Shown here one piece after another: positions 16,814-33,818 of a stretch of 64,000 nt of DNA. The translations under genes were made by a program, and so were the position numbers. The first letter of the stretch is position 1. Each line of letters starts with the position of its first letter. The notes below the pieces were generated by a model. That model worked only from the letters and a program-made list of their open reading frames with translations, did not search any database and was not told the DNA's origin. Origin of the DNA: the human T2T-CHM13v2.0 reference genome, Homo sapiens; assembly GCF_009914755.1 (NCBI RefSeq), contig NC_060928.1; one strand, written 5' to 3'.

Positions 16814-19800
16814 CCAGCTTTCCAGTTCATGTAAAACCTGTCCTTACTTCTTTACTCTCCTTGAATTATGTGAAACCCAAAAACAGTACTTCTGCATCCC
16901 AGGTATTAGCACTCCTTTTACTCGAACTAATTTGAGTTGTCTTCTGATATTTGCACCCAGAACAGCCTTGGCTGGAGCACAGCATTAACCCAACTTGACC
17001 TTACTTTACATATCCTTCGTCTGCAGAACTAAAGTCCAGCTGAAAGAGTTGTACCGAATGTATAGAAATTTAGCTGCTCTGGCTATGGGGTTACAAGAGA
17101 AGGGGGAAACATGCCTCCTTCACTTTGTTTCATCGCTTTTATACTGAACATGGAAGAAGCACCTCCTTCCACATATGGAAGGATTACTTCTGGAGAGCAA
17201 GCAATTCATGTGTGTAGTGGAAAAAAAAGTACTGAACGTGGATTTGAGGAAACATTGGTTAGGGGAAGATTTATCCTAATTCCCCTGGATTCAGGCAGTG
17301 TAAATTCAGGCAAGTCACAACTTCCCTAGGTTTCAGTTTGTTCATATGTAAAAATTAAAGAGTTAGGAGGTTTATATACTATGTCTAAAGTCTCTTTCTG
17401 CTTGAAATGTTAGCTTTAAGCATACCTCTGGCAGTGCATACAAAGAACTACTTTGCCATCTGCCGTAGGAGCCATCTTTCTCATTTCTGTGTTGAAAAGA
17501 CATTTCTCCCCAAATCTTGGAGACAGCCAGGGCTGTCAAGGTGTGTAACGATGCTCCATGGATTCAAGACCCCTCTTCTTTCTCTCTAATTTGTATCTCT
17601 TTTTCTTCGCTGAACACATACAAACCTTCTTCCTCTTTGTTCTTAAGACTTTGAACAAGTCCATTCTTGCTTTGCCAAATTGTCCCAGGCCTATGGTAAA
17701 ACCTAGGTCAGAGGGAAAGAGTTTTATCTACCACACTGTATCAGCAAAAATAACAGACATGGGTTATTTAACTAGAAACAAATTTATGGATATTTTCTGC
17801 GTGAATCTAATTCCTAATAAAGTACTTACTTTTGGAATTTTGGGTTTATTCTTATAATTTTTAAAAGATTTTTATATACTTATATTTCTTTAAGAGAAAT
17901 CCTACATCCTATATCCATGCATATATGTATAGTCTACTTTAGTACCTTTTGTGATTTTAAAATCAATAATACAGAAATGTGTTATAAAATTCAAAAGATA
18001 CAAAAGGGCATAATCTACCCATCGGCCCTATTCCCTGGACACCCAATTTTCCTATTCACAAGTAATCCCTACTTGTATTAACAGGTTTTTTAAAAAAGAG
18101 ACCTTCTAGAGATATTCTATCATACACAAGCATATACACACAAATATAGTCATAAAGATCATTATAATTATTGTTTTCCCCTAATGGTAACATACTATAT
18201 AAGTAAGCATTTTTTTGCCACTTACCAATAAGTCCTGGCTATGATTGTCATATCAGCATTTGGAGACCTCCCTGGCTTATTTTAACAGCTTCATAGTATT
18301 CTATTTTTTTGATATACCAGAACTGATTTAATTAGTTCTTGATTGTGGTTGCCATTAATATCCTTTTACTTTTGTAGTTTTATGCATGTATATATCTATT
18401 TGCAGCATTAATTCCTAGAAATAGAACTGCTGGGCCAAAGGGCAGCTGCATGAGTCATCTAGATGTATGCTTCTGAATTTGCCTCCCAAAACATGGTTGT
18501 CCTGATTTATATTTCCACAGGCAACATGAAAGGGCCTATTTCCCCACATTTATTCCAGCATAGTGTATTATCACACTTTTGTGGTCTTGTCATTTTCTGG
18601 GGTGAAAACCATTATATCACTATACTTTTAAATTGCATTCTATATTATATTATCTTCTCTATTAGGGTTTCTATTTAGTTATCTTAAATAAATATTTGAT
18701 ATAGATTTTTCAAGTTAAGTAAAGTATGGGCCAAACAATGGTGAGAAATCAAGAAGGTTTTTAATCTTAAAACTCTAAAAATCAAACTTCAGAACATCTA
18801 ATAAGTTGTCTTTCTTTCTGCCTCTTATTCTCTATTTTCTTTTCCTATTTACCTCTGTCTGTCAACCATTCATGAAGAATTTAAATCTACATTTAATATT
18901 TCTATTTACTGAGTAAAATGTTTTGATCCCTTTATTGTAAAAAGCAAAATAATTAGATAATTCTATATTTCTTAAAAGATAAATTTAAAAAAACCATATC
19001 CTTTAGGTCAGTCAGTTTTTGGTTGGAAGCAACAGAAACTATGGCTGATTGAAGCACAAATGGGGTAGCTCTAACTGTAGGTGAGCAGGCTCATCAGCCA
19101 TGAACAGTGTTCAGAATCATGCTACAGAATCACACAGGCATCACCATTGTTGTGCGCTATCCTCTGTGGTTTGATTATTCCCGATTACCGACCTTGAGTG
19201 CTGTGCTGGCACAACTGCTCCTGTTACCTCAGAAAATGGATGTGGCTGCTACTGGCTTCTCCAAAATGAAATTGGAGCAGTCCCTGCTTCTTTAGGCTTA
19301 CAGCATCTGATTTGGTCAGTGTAGGCCATGTCTGGTCTGTGGCCTTGGTCGGGTGTCCATGCTGTGCCTGTAAAGGAGGTTATGGAAACCGTTATTAGGC
19401 ATTTTCAGCTTCATAGTTAGAAGCAGGCACATCTTCCCCTCTAATAGGTGGGGACACACTATCATTGAAGGTTGGTAAAAAAAGGTTGAAAATTATCATC
19501 AATAATTCTCAATTGGTGTTCTTTTCCCCCAGGTGATGGTCTTTAAAAGATTGTTACTTGAGAATCACAAAACTAATATTCTTTTTCTTCTCTTGGCCTG
19601 AAATATTGAGGGTTAAGGAGGAAAATAATTGGTCCTCTCTTCACATAGCCTGATAGAATTTTGGCTGGGAAAATAGGAAGATGGGAAATAGGAAGATGCA
19701 GTTAGAGAAATAACTGCCAATGCCAATATTTATGCCTGTAAGTACCAATTTTTAATCTTCTACTTTGATTATTAAAGTATACAATCTCTTTCCAGGGTCT

Positions 19801-19961
19801 TAGTTTTTCTCAAAAATGATTTAACACACTAACAGTTTCTGGATGAAAATAACAATGTATTGTTCTTGTATTTTCTAGAATCAGAACAGTAAGTTAGGGC
19901 TAGCCACAAAGATATACATGCCTAAAAGGAAGTTAATATAAACCATTTCTACCAATCCAAT

Positions 19962-20353
19962 TGTATTAGTTTGCTAGGGTTGCTGTAACAAAATACCACA
20001 GACTTGGTGGCTTAAACAACAGAAATTTATTGTCTCACAGTTCTGGAACTACATGTCCAAGCTCAAGGTCTCAGTAGGGTTGGTTCCTTCTGAGGGAAGG
20101 ATTTGTTCCAGACCTCTCTTCTTGGCTTGTAGACAGCAACCTTCTCCCAGTGTCTACACGTTGTTTTCTCGCTGTAACTGTTTTTGTGTTCACATTTATT
20201 CTTTTTATAAGGATACAAGTCCTGCTGGATTACAGCCCATCCTAATGATCTCATTTTAACTTGATTACCTCTGTAAAGATTTTATCTCCAAATAAGGTAA
20301 CATTCTGAGGTACTGGGGATTAGTACTTCAACATATGAATTATGGGGCAGTGG
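19962..20353 (-). mobile_element. MLT1B/C-like solo LTR
   Basis: 'tgtattagtttgctagggttgctgtaacaaaataccacagac...cttcaacatatgaatt'. Confidence 0.8.
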
Positions 20354-21152
20354 GACACAATGTACCCATAACATGAATCTTTTTGGTGATCTAAATAAAA
20401 TTTGTGTTTAAGAGAGAAGGCAAGGAAGCTGCAAACAACCAGATTGGCTGTTTTGACTTGTGATTTGGGAAAAAAGTAGTGCTGAGGTCCAGGGGTTTGA
20501 GATGATAGGATTCCTAAATGTGGGCAGGACCAGGAAGACCTCTCTTAGTTCAGAATTGAAGGTTGTAATATTTTTAAAGAATAATTTGTGGACAAGATCT
20601 AAGCACTTAAATCTAAGCAGAATTTAGTAACTATGTGTCCTGTATGTAGCACTAAAAAACTTTTCTCTTTTTTATAATTTAAAAATGTGGAACTTCTCCA
20701 ATTCTCTTTCTAGGTGCTAAAACTAATTCTGAAAACAATTTGGCAATTAATATTATAATAGAACTTAATCCAACTCATTTTACTAAATTTTGCTTTGATT
20801 ATAGAAAATTATATACAAAATCTCAAAATGTTTGAGTATTTTTACATGAATTCATCCAATCAAATTAAACCACATTTTTTAGCACCTACATATAAAGCAA
20901 GGTTCAGTAAAAAGAAGTTCTTAAGTTAGAAAATTTCGATGAAATCTCAAATCTTCCTGCCTTATCCACCACTCAGGACTCAGAGACAATAAGGTAAACT
21001 ATATAAAGCTCTATGAGTCCAAACTATGAGCAAAGACTCTCACTTTTAACTTGCATAGACATTTGGCATATTCTCTGTTGGTCTCAAGCACTTCAGAATT
21101 AAAACAGAGATGATTGCTGAGATGTTGCAAGGAATTAATAATATATGTAAAT

Positions 21153-21330
21153 ACAGTGGACCCTTGAACAACACAAGGTTGAACTTCACAGGTTCACTGA
21201 CAGGTGGATTTTTTTCAACCAAACACAATGGAAAGATAGTATTCACAGGATACAAAACCCACATATAGTGGGGGCCGACTTGAGTATGCATGGATTTTGG
21301 TATAAGCTGGCGTTAACCAAGGGATTACTG
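21153..21330. mobile_element. MER8/Tigger2-derived element
   Basis: 'cagtggacccttgaacaacacaaggttgaac...gggattactg'. Confidence 0.6.
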
Positions 21331-22045
21331 TACTGTCACATTTTATGAAACAGTTTTGCTAAAATTACAGCTTTAAACTTTTTTTTTTAATAGATTGAAA
21401 TCTAAGAGAGTTGACTCTCCCTTCTGAGTCTCCTTTGTACTCTGTCTCTTTAGGTTCCTACCACATTCTACCTTGCATTTTGGCAAATAACACATATATT
21501 TCTACCATCCTCTGCACTAGGATTATGGGAAGAATATATTTTCTTCCCTTCATTTTCTTTGGGAGCTTCCTCTTAGTACCTTGCTGAGTAAGAGTCACTA
21601 TAAATGTGAACTTTGAGACATTTGAATGTGAATGAGCAAAGCAACCACATGATGGCAGCATGTTAAAAGAATAAAGAATTATTTACTTGAAGCCATCCTT
21701 TTAATTTTTAAAATTTGGTATGAACAAAGAAGAAAACCTCATATCTACCTGCTTTGTGAATCCCGTATTCTAGTCAACTCTTACAGATGCAGGAGATGAA
21801 GTGAAGTGACCAGTTTCAAATCTCAAAAACAATAAGGAACAAAAGAACAGAGAGCTCTGTGTTCTTAGATTTTAAGCTAGAACCAGACAGTCAGTCTGAC
21901 TCATTCTTAAAGCTGACAGTTTTTGGTATTCAGTATGGGGATTATTTGGTGAATTATGCAAAGCAGAATGATAACTTATGGATAGTGCCTAAAATTAATG
22001 TCTAGTAGTTACACAGATGTTTTTGGTTGCTCCGCAGATTACTGA

Positions 22046-22077
<32 letters not shown>

Positions 22078-22455
22078 GAGCTCTCAGTTATCTACATGTG
22101 CATATAATGTGTTTTTGAATGAATCACCAAAACATTGCAATGATTAATTTGAACATCTTTGCTTTGTCATCTGTGATTAAGGATTTTTTTTTCATTAGCA
22201 AACAAGTAAGTCAACATTTGTTGAAAGTCTCCAACTGCATGATAATTGCCTAGGTAGGAGAGAGAAAATGAGAGAAAGCTTTTGTATTGGAAAAGTCTAG
22301 ATGGGATTAATTCAAGGCCTAAACAATGTCATAGACATATCTGCCATTTTTACACTCTCATTTCTGTTTTCTTTTGCATTGGCTGTATTCCCAACCATGC
22401 TTTCTTTTGTGATAGCAAACACGACTCTAGGCTACTGGTTTATCTACTTCAAAAA

Positions 22456-22792
<337 letters not shown>

Positions 22793-23454
22793 CTATTGGC
22801 CAGGCTTGTGTCACTTACAAATTCCTGAACCATTTTCAGTGCTAGGAAAAATAGAGTGCTCTGATCTGCTAGGCAGATCACAGGCTCATTGCTAGACCCA
22901 GACTTGAACCACTCCCCCACTTCCCCAACATGAACTGATAATGGAAGAACAGAGGTTCCCCAAAGGAAAGCAAGGATGTTGTTACCAAAGCAAGGGGGAA
23001 GAAATGTCAGGCAGGCAGAAAAAATAGCTATCCACTAAAAGAAATTTAAAAGATGCAATCCTTACCTTCAATAAGTTTATAAACTTGAAAAGAATTATGA
23101 ACTGAATAAATATTATCAAAAACAATACATTTAAAGTTGCTTTAGAGCTTTTGAAATACTTATTTCATGTGATCCTTTCAAGAATATTTTTAGGTCAGTT
23201 CTATTTTGTAGTTAAAGTCAAAGAGAAACACAGACATTAAATTATTTGCTTACCTGATGCTTATCATGCCCAATGTAGAGCTTATATCAAAGTTGAAACT
23301 CATATTCATATTTCCCAAATGACAGTAGTTTTACTTATATATGATAGTAAGATTTATGAATATTTATATATGGGTGGTAGAAAATATGTTTATATTATAT
23401 GATCTAATATGCAAGAATCAAACTATGTTTGACATGAGAAAAAAAATCACCTAG

Positions 23455-23625
23455 CACGGAGTTTCTCAAATTGTGTTCTGCCTACATTATAATTTCCCAG
23501 GTTGTTTGTTATGAATTTCAAGGCTTCATTCATGAATCAGAATATCTACAGATGGGGCCCCAGCAATTCGTCTTTTTTAACAAGAGGCTCAGGTGATTTT
23601 TATGCAGTGATGTTTAAGAACCTCC
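23455..23625. mobile_element. MER5A-like
   Basis: 'tttctcaaatt...gaatcagaat...caggtgatttttatgca...tttaagaacc'. Confidence 0.55.
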
Positions 23626-24225
23626 AACAACATATTTAACTGCAGCCTTAGAGACCTTATACTTATAGAAATGAAAACAGAGATCCACAAGATATTTCTC
23701 AGGTTTTGTATCCTATTCTGGTCACCTTTCCTTTTTTGTGCTTTTCTCTTCTTTCTAAGTTAAAATAGTCATCAATTAGAAAGGTTAGGAATTATACCAT
23801 CATTATATCTAATTTGTGATCTTCCAGATTAATCAGTGAAAAAGAGTATTAGTTTTCACAGCAAATAACTAAAACTCAAAACTTAGAATTAAAAAGGATC
23901 TTAGCTGAACTGCCCTATGCTCAGATAAGGAAATCAATTTCTCAAAAAATAAAGTGACTTGCATAGCTAAGTCAATTAGTATTGACAGCCCTTTTAGAAT
24001 CTACTCATTTTTTTTTTATTATCATACTTTAAGTTTTAGGGTACATGTGCACTTTGTGCAGGTTAGTTACATATGTATACATGTGCAATGCTGGTGTGCT
24101 GCACCCACTAACGCGTCATCTAGCATTAGGTATATCTCCCAATGCTATCCCTCCCCCCTCCCCCCACCCCACCACAGTCCCCAGAGTGTGATATTCCCCT
24201 TCCTGTGTCCATGTGATCTCACTGT

Positions 24226-28080
<3,855 letters not shown>

Positions 28081-28116
28081 TTAGTTGATGCAGTTTCTTC
28101 CTAGTCTCGATGGTCT

Positions 28117-29133
28117 TTACATTTTGGCATGATTTTGCAGCGGCTGGTACTGGTTGTTCCTTTCCATGTTTAGCGCTTCCTTCAGGAGCTCTTGTAGGGC
28201 AGGCCTGGTGGTGACAAAATCTCTCAGCATTTGCTTGTCTATAAAGTATTTTATTTCTCCTTCACTTATGAAGCTTAGTTTGGCTGGATATGAAATTCTG
28301 GGTTGAAAATTCTTTTCTTTAAGAATGTTGAATATTGGCCCCCACTCTCTTCTGGCTTGTAGGGTTTCTGCCGAGAGATCCGCTGTTAGTCTGATGGGCT
28401 TCCCTTTGAGGGTAACCCGACCTTTCTCTCTGGTTGCCCTTAACATTTTTTCCTTCATTTCAACTTTGGTGAATCTGACAATTATGTGTCTTGGAGTTGC
28501 TCTTCTCGAGGAGTATCTTTGTGGCATTCTCTGTATTTCCTGAATCTGAATGTTGGCCTGCCTTGCTAGATTGGGGAAGTTCTCCTGGATAATATCCTGC
28601 AGAGTGTTTTCCAACTTGGTTCCATTCTCCCCGTCACTTTCAGGTACACCAATCAGACGTAGATTTGGTCTTTTCACATAGTCCCATATTTCTTGGAGGC
28701 TTTGCTCATTTCTTTTTATTCTTTTTTCTCTAAACTTCCCTTCTCGCTTCATTTCATTCATTTCATCTTCCATTGCCGATACCCTTTCTTCCAGTTGATC
28801 GCATCGGCTCCTGAGGCTTCTGCATTCTTCACGTAGTTCTCGAGCCTTGGTTTTCAGCTCCATCAGCTCCTTTAAGCACTTCTCTGTATTGGTTATTCTA
28901 GTTATACATTCTTCTAAATTTTTTTCAAAGTTTTCAACTTGTTTGCCTTTGGTTTGAATGTCCTCCCGTAGCTCAGAGTAATTTGATCGTCTGAAGCCTT
29001 CTTCTCTCAGCTCGTCAAAATCATTCTCCATCCAGCTTTGTTCCGTTGCTGGTGAGGAACTGCGTCCCTTTGGAGGAGGAGAGGCGCTCTGCGTTTTAGA
29101 GTTTCCAGTTTTTCTGCTCTGTTTTTTCCCCAT
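28117..29133 (-). CDS. ORF1: L1 ORF1p, intact 338 aa
   Basis: Full length with REKG, ARR and YPAKLS motifs. Confidence 0.95.
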   Translation of the reverse strand: MGKKQSRKTGNSKTQSASPPPKGRSSSPATEQSWMENDFDELREEGFRRSNYSELREDIQTKGKQVENFEKNLEECITRITNTEKCLKELMELKTKARELREECRSLRSRCDQLEERVSAMEDEMNEMKREGKFREKRIKRNEQSLQEIWDYVKRPNLRLIGVPESDGENGTKLENTLQDIIQENFPNLARQANIQIQEIQRMPQRYSSRRATPRHIIVRFTKVEMKEKMLRATREKGRVTLKGKPIRLTADLSAETLQARREWGPIFNILKEKNFQPRISYPAKLSFISEGEIKYFIDKQMLRDFVTTRPALQELLKEALNMERNNQYQPLQNHAKM

Positions 29134-30036
29134 CTTTGTGGTTTTATCTACTTTTGGTCTTTGATGATGGTGATATACAGATGGGTTTTCGGTGTGGATG
29201 TCCTTTCTGGTTGTTAGTTTTCCTTCTAACAGACAGGACCCTCAGCTGCAGGTCTGTTGGAATACCCTGCCGTGTGAGGTGTCAGTGTGCCCCTGCTGGG
29301 GGGTGCCTCCCAGTTAGGCTGCTCGGGGGTCAGGGGTCAGGGACCCACTTGAGGAGGCAGTCTGCCAGTTCTCAGATCTCCAGCTGCGTGCTGGGAGAAC
29401 CACTGCTCTATTCAAAGCTGTCAGACAGGGACACTTAAGTCTGCAGAGGTTACTGCTGTCTTTTTGTTTGTCTGTTCCCTGCCCCCAGAGGTGGAGCCTA
29501 CAGAGGCAGGCAGGCCTCCTTGAGCTGTGGTGGGCTCCACCCAGTTCGAGCTTCCCGGCTGCTTTGTTTACCTAATCAAGCCTGGGCAATGGCGGGCGCC
29601 CCTCCCCCAGCCTCGCTGCCGCCTTGCAGTTTGATCTCAGACTGCTGTGCTAGCAATCAGCGAGATTCTGTGGGCGTAGGACCCTCTGAGCCAGGTGTGG
29701 GATATAGTCTCGTGGTGCGCCGTTTTTTAAGCCGGTCTGAAAAGCGCAATATTCGGGTGGGAGTGACCCGATTTTCCAGGTGCGTCCGTCACCCCCTTCT
29801 TTGACTCGGAAAGAGAACTCCCTGACCCCTTGTGCTTCCCAGGTGAGGCAATGCCTTGCCCTGCTTCGGCTCGCGCACGGTGCGCGCACCCACTGACCTG
29901 CGCCCACTGTCTGGCACTCCCTAGTGAGATGAACCCGGTACCTCAGATGGAAATGCAGAAATCACCCGTCTTCTGCATCGCTCACACTGGGAGCTGTAGA
30001 CTGGAGCTGTTCCTATTCGGCCATCTTGGCTCCTCC
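29134..30036. promoter_or_regulatory. L1 5'UTR: CpG-rich sense promoter (YY1 site 30019-28) and antisense promoter firing along the + strand
   Basis: YY1 motif caagatggcc is present. Promoter architecture is established for primate L1. Confidence 0.85.
29589..29804 (+). CDS. ORF0: L1 ORF0 (antisense), intact 71 aa
   Basis: MAGAPPPASLPPCSLISDCC...RCVRHPLL. Splice donors follow nt 106 (29694, CAG|gtgtgg) and nt 191 (29779, CAG|gtgcgt). Confidence 0.9.
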   Translation: MAGAPPPASLPPCSLISDCCASNQRDSVGVGPSEPGVGYSLVVRRFLSRSEKRNIRVGVTRFSRCVRHPLL

Positions 30037-30339
30037 AGAATCTACTCATTTTTAAGTGACTATTTCATTTGGAGAAATGGTCATAAAAGTCAGTTAGCAT
30101 TTATAATTAAAACTCAGCTTTAGTTAAATTTAATTGTGTGTGCAGCAGAGCATAGAATTCAATTTCAAAATCCTGAACCATATTTTATGACTTGTCTTCA
30201 TTAGCAGTTATTGGAAATTTGCTATCTCTCTACATGTATTCCTCATTTAATTCCCACAACTCTAGGAAGTAGGTACTAGTATGCCCATTTTAGAAATGAG
30301 AAAGCTGAGACATGAATAGATTAAGAAACTTACCCTAGA

Positions 30340-30510
30340 CCAGTGTTTCTCAAACTTTATGTGCAAAAGAATCACCCAAGAGTCTTGATAATTTGCAAAT
30401 TCTGACTTGGTAGGTCTGGGGTGAATCCTGAGATTCTGCATTTTTAATCAGCTCCCAGGTCAAGGCCAACACTGTTGGCTTGTGGATCATACATTGTGTA
30501 ACAAGGTTCT
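30340..30510. mobile_element. MER5A-like, inside a MIR fragment
   Basis: 'cagtgtttctcaaactt...agaatcaccc...ctgagattctgcattttaa'. Confidence 0.65.
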
Positions 30511-31402
30511 AGATTACATGTCCTAGGGTCTTAACACTGCCTGTCTGACACTGAAACCCATGCACATAACCCCTATGCAGAGTATGCATTGACTTTTCTC
30601 TTTACTACATTGTAATTTACTTCCTACAGATGAAACAGTTACATTAGTTCTTGATGCATATACATTTGTGATGCAATTTTACCCTTGAGGAATATCCAGG
30701 GAAGCAAAGCATTACTGGGACCATCATCCTCATCCTAAAGGCTCTCTTCTACATCTGCCTCTTCTGGGACCACAGCTCCCAAAAGGAAACATAGAGGTGG
30801 CAGTGGCAGCTGACAATTTACCTTATTCTTTGGAATCTCAGGGTTTCTCCTGCTCAATGAGTGCAGCCATTCAACTTTGACTTCTCCTCCTCGATCCTCC
30901 CGTGAATATGTAGTATATAAAATCATACTATGCTTCATGCTTTCTTATGCATGTTTATTTAAATATATATATTATATGCATGTGCTTTCTTTACTTCTCA
31001 TTTTACTTGGTATTCACAGTTCATTTTCTTCCAGTAAGTCTTTTTATCCTATTCTTTGTTTGTATCCCCAAACTCTTCCTTTGTGGTTACGCTATAATTT
31101 TAATATTTACCAAAAAAGAAGATTCAAGTTAGACACTTTTCATATTATATTACTTTGGTTAAATCAGCCTGGCCTAGAGGATTTCCTTTTCACCATTTTC
31201 TTTCTCATCAGGTGAGGTAGTTTGACTGACTTGGTTTGTTCAAGCAAAAGGACAATGGGAAATAAATCTAGGTGTTCAGCATAAAAACAGCTAATGACAA
31301 AGCTATTTTTAGGGACTTCTTGTCTTTCCTATGTTATTCTTTATGTCTGTTTGATATCTATTTTCTGGCTCTTATCTTTAAAAGACAGCTGCTTTGCCTC
31401 AG

Positions 31403-31714
31403 GCATAAATCAGAAGAGGAAAACCAGCTTCTGGACCTGGAGAGAGGATGAAAGGGAATAGGAATTGAGGGAAGCGGAAGGGAAGAATAAGGGACCCCTG
31501 GAGAGTCCCTACCAAGCCAGACATAACAAACAAAAGTCCTCTACTACTGAGGAAGACAGAACAGGGAAGCCAGCAGGGGAAGAAAAAGATGCTGCTGCTC
31601 TTGATGCCTCAAAAACAGCAAGGAAGAACCCAAGCAACTGATGTACACACCCTTGGAACAAATCTGCCCCAGAAGTACAAGACACACTCTTCGAATTCAT
31701 GGAATAAATGGGAG
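31403..31714 (+). pseudogene. Exon 1 (coding) of an unnamed TM + Sel1-like-repeat gene
   Basis: Acceptor ttgcctcag|, donor GAG|gtgagt. ATG 31448, in-frame TGA 31466-68, second ATG 31589. Ends ...SSNSWNKWE in phase 0, matching exon 2. Confidence 0.6.
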
Positions 31715-31834
31715 GTGAGTGTTCAATTCCAAGACACAAGACAGAATTGGGCAAGAGGGAGGAATGCTACTACTTGTAAGTCATAGTTACATAAAAACAG
31801 CAACCACATTGTGTTTTTCTGTAATGCTCTAGAT

Positions 31835-32296
31835 CTGTGGTCCCCAATATTTTTGGCACCAGGGACTGGTTTCCTGGAAGACAATTTTTCCACTGACTGA
31901 TGATTCAAGCACATTACATTTATTGGGAACTTTATTTCTATTATTATTACATTGTAATATATAATGAAATAATTATACAAACCATAATGTAGAATTGGTG
32001 GGAGACCTGAGCTTGTTTTCCTGTGACTAGAGGGTCCCATCTGGGGGTGATGGGAGACAGTATCAGATCATCAGGCATTAGATTCTCATAAGGAGTGTGA
32101 ACCTAGACCCCTCGCATGCACAGTTCACAATAGAATTCGCACTCCTATGAGAATCTAATGCTGCTGCTCATCTGACAGCGGGTGGAGCTTGGGCAGTAAA
32201 GCTCTGTAGCCCTGCTGATCACTTCCTGCTGTGCGGCAGGGTTCCTAGCAGGCCATAGACTGGTACCAGTCTGTGGCCCAGTGGTTGGGACCCCTG
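31835..32296. mobile_element. MER1A (hAT-Charlie)
   Basis: TIR-like ends and perfect 8-bp TSD ctctagat at 31827-34 and 32297-304. Confidence 0.88.
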
Positions 32297-32409
32297 CTCT
32301 AGATTTAAGTGTTTGTAGATGAAGCACTTTAGCTTTCCCGGAAAATGTATTGAAGATAAATTTATTCAAAGTTATCATACATTTAAAAAACCCCACAAAA
32401 CTCTTAACC

Positions 32410-32515
32410 CCTGTAACCCCAGTAGGTTTGGGAGGCCGAGCTGGGAGGATTGCTTGAGGCCAGGAGTTTGAGACCAGCACAGGTAATATTGAGAATCTCT
32501 GCTTTTACAAAACAA
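32410..32515 (+). mobile_element. FLAM/Alu left-arm fragment
   Basis: 'tttgggaggccgag...gaggccaggagtttgagaccagc'. Confidence 0.7.
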
Positions 32516-33521
32516 CTCTCAAAATTTTATATGTACACACAAATTTGGACTTCCTGAATTAACCAGTTAATAGATTTTAAAATACACATTAACCCAAGAG
32601 GTAAATAATTCATCAAAATTCAGCAAAAATAATTACTTGACACCAGATAGCTAGTTTTACATTTTCCAATTTTTTAGCCAGTTGCTAGAAATCACATAAA
32701 CACAGTCTGATTTTTATAAATTTGGCTGAAAAATTGAAGGACTATTATCAATTTCAGTTAACGTTTCTTTTTAAAAATTAGCTTAAGTTTGATATTGAAA
32801 ATATAAAGCTTTTTAAAAATTGAAATGCTGCATGAAAGGAATAAAAATCATGTTATAATGTTAGTAGAGTTCTCAACCAGCTCACTCATATTTTAACATA
32901 CTCTTACCCTAAGGTATTAAAGAGTGGATTATTTAAATACAGGTAAATAAAAGTGATAGGAGTTACAGAAATGGTGAAAAGAGGGAATGCTAGCAATTTT
33001 GTGGTGGCCAAATAAAAACAATGTATTTATCAGTAGATAAAAATGTGCAGATTAATTCTTATTTTAGATATCTGTGGCAGCTAGAAGTACAACTTTAGGC
33101 TCTTCAAGAATGACAGTTTTGATTTATATTATTCTCCACAGCTCCATTTAAGTACACTACTATGCTCTCTGCATTCCTTTTCTCTTACTTGATGGCTAAT
33201 AGGCATTGCCATTCCTTGATATCTCTCAAAGAAATAAAACTAGAAGGATTTTTAAGGAGCATAAAAATTCAGCTCCCAGCTGTGTACACACACCCATACA
33301 CACACACACTCACACTCACGAAGTTAGAGAGAAGCTCATAAAAACAACAACAATAAAAAGCCAGGGAATGTATAAATGTAGAACCTGAGTTTCTACTGAA
33401 TATTCTTAAACAGAAACTACTAAACTACTGTAATTGTTGTGCTAACAGACAGCACTGATGTCTGAGTGAGAGTTTAAATATATGAAGATTATAAGACTAT
33501 AGATAAATCTGCATATATAGC

Positions 33522-33818
33522 TTTTTTTTTTTTTTGAGACAAGCTCTCACTCTGTTGCCCAGGTTGGAGTACAGTGACACGATCATGGTCCACTGCATCC
33601 TCGACTTCCTGGGCTCAAGCAATCCTCCCTCCTCAGCCTCCCAAGTAGCTGGGACTGTACGTGCATGCCACTACACCCAGCTAATTTTCTCTAGTTTTTG
33701 CAGAGATGAGGTCTTGCTATATTGCTTAGGCTGGTCTCAAACCTCTGGGCTCAAGAGATCCTTCTGCCTTAGCCTCCCAAAATACTGAGATTATAGGCGT
33801 GAACCACCATGCCTGGCC
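33522..33818 (-). mobile_element. AluJ
   Basis: Reverse Alu with J diagnostics (gggctcaagcaatcctccc). Confidence 0.88.

Noticed and set aside
19669-19698. 15-bp direct repeat (aaataggaagatg x2)
   Set aside because: Ordinary slippage duplication.
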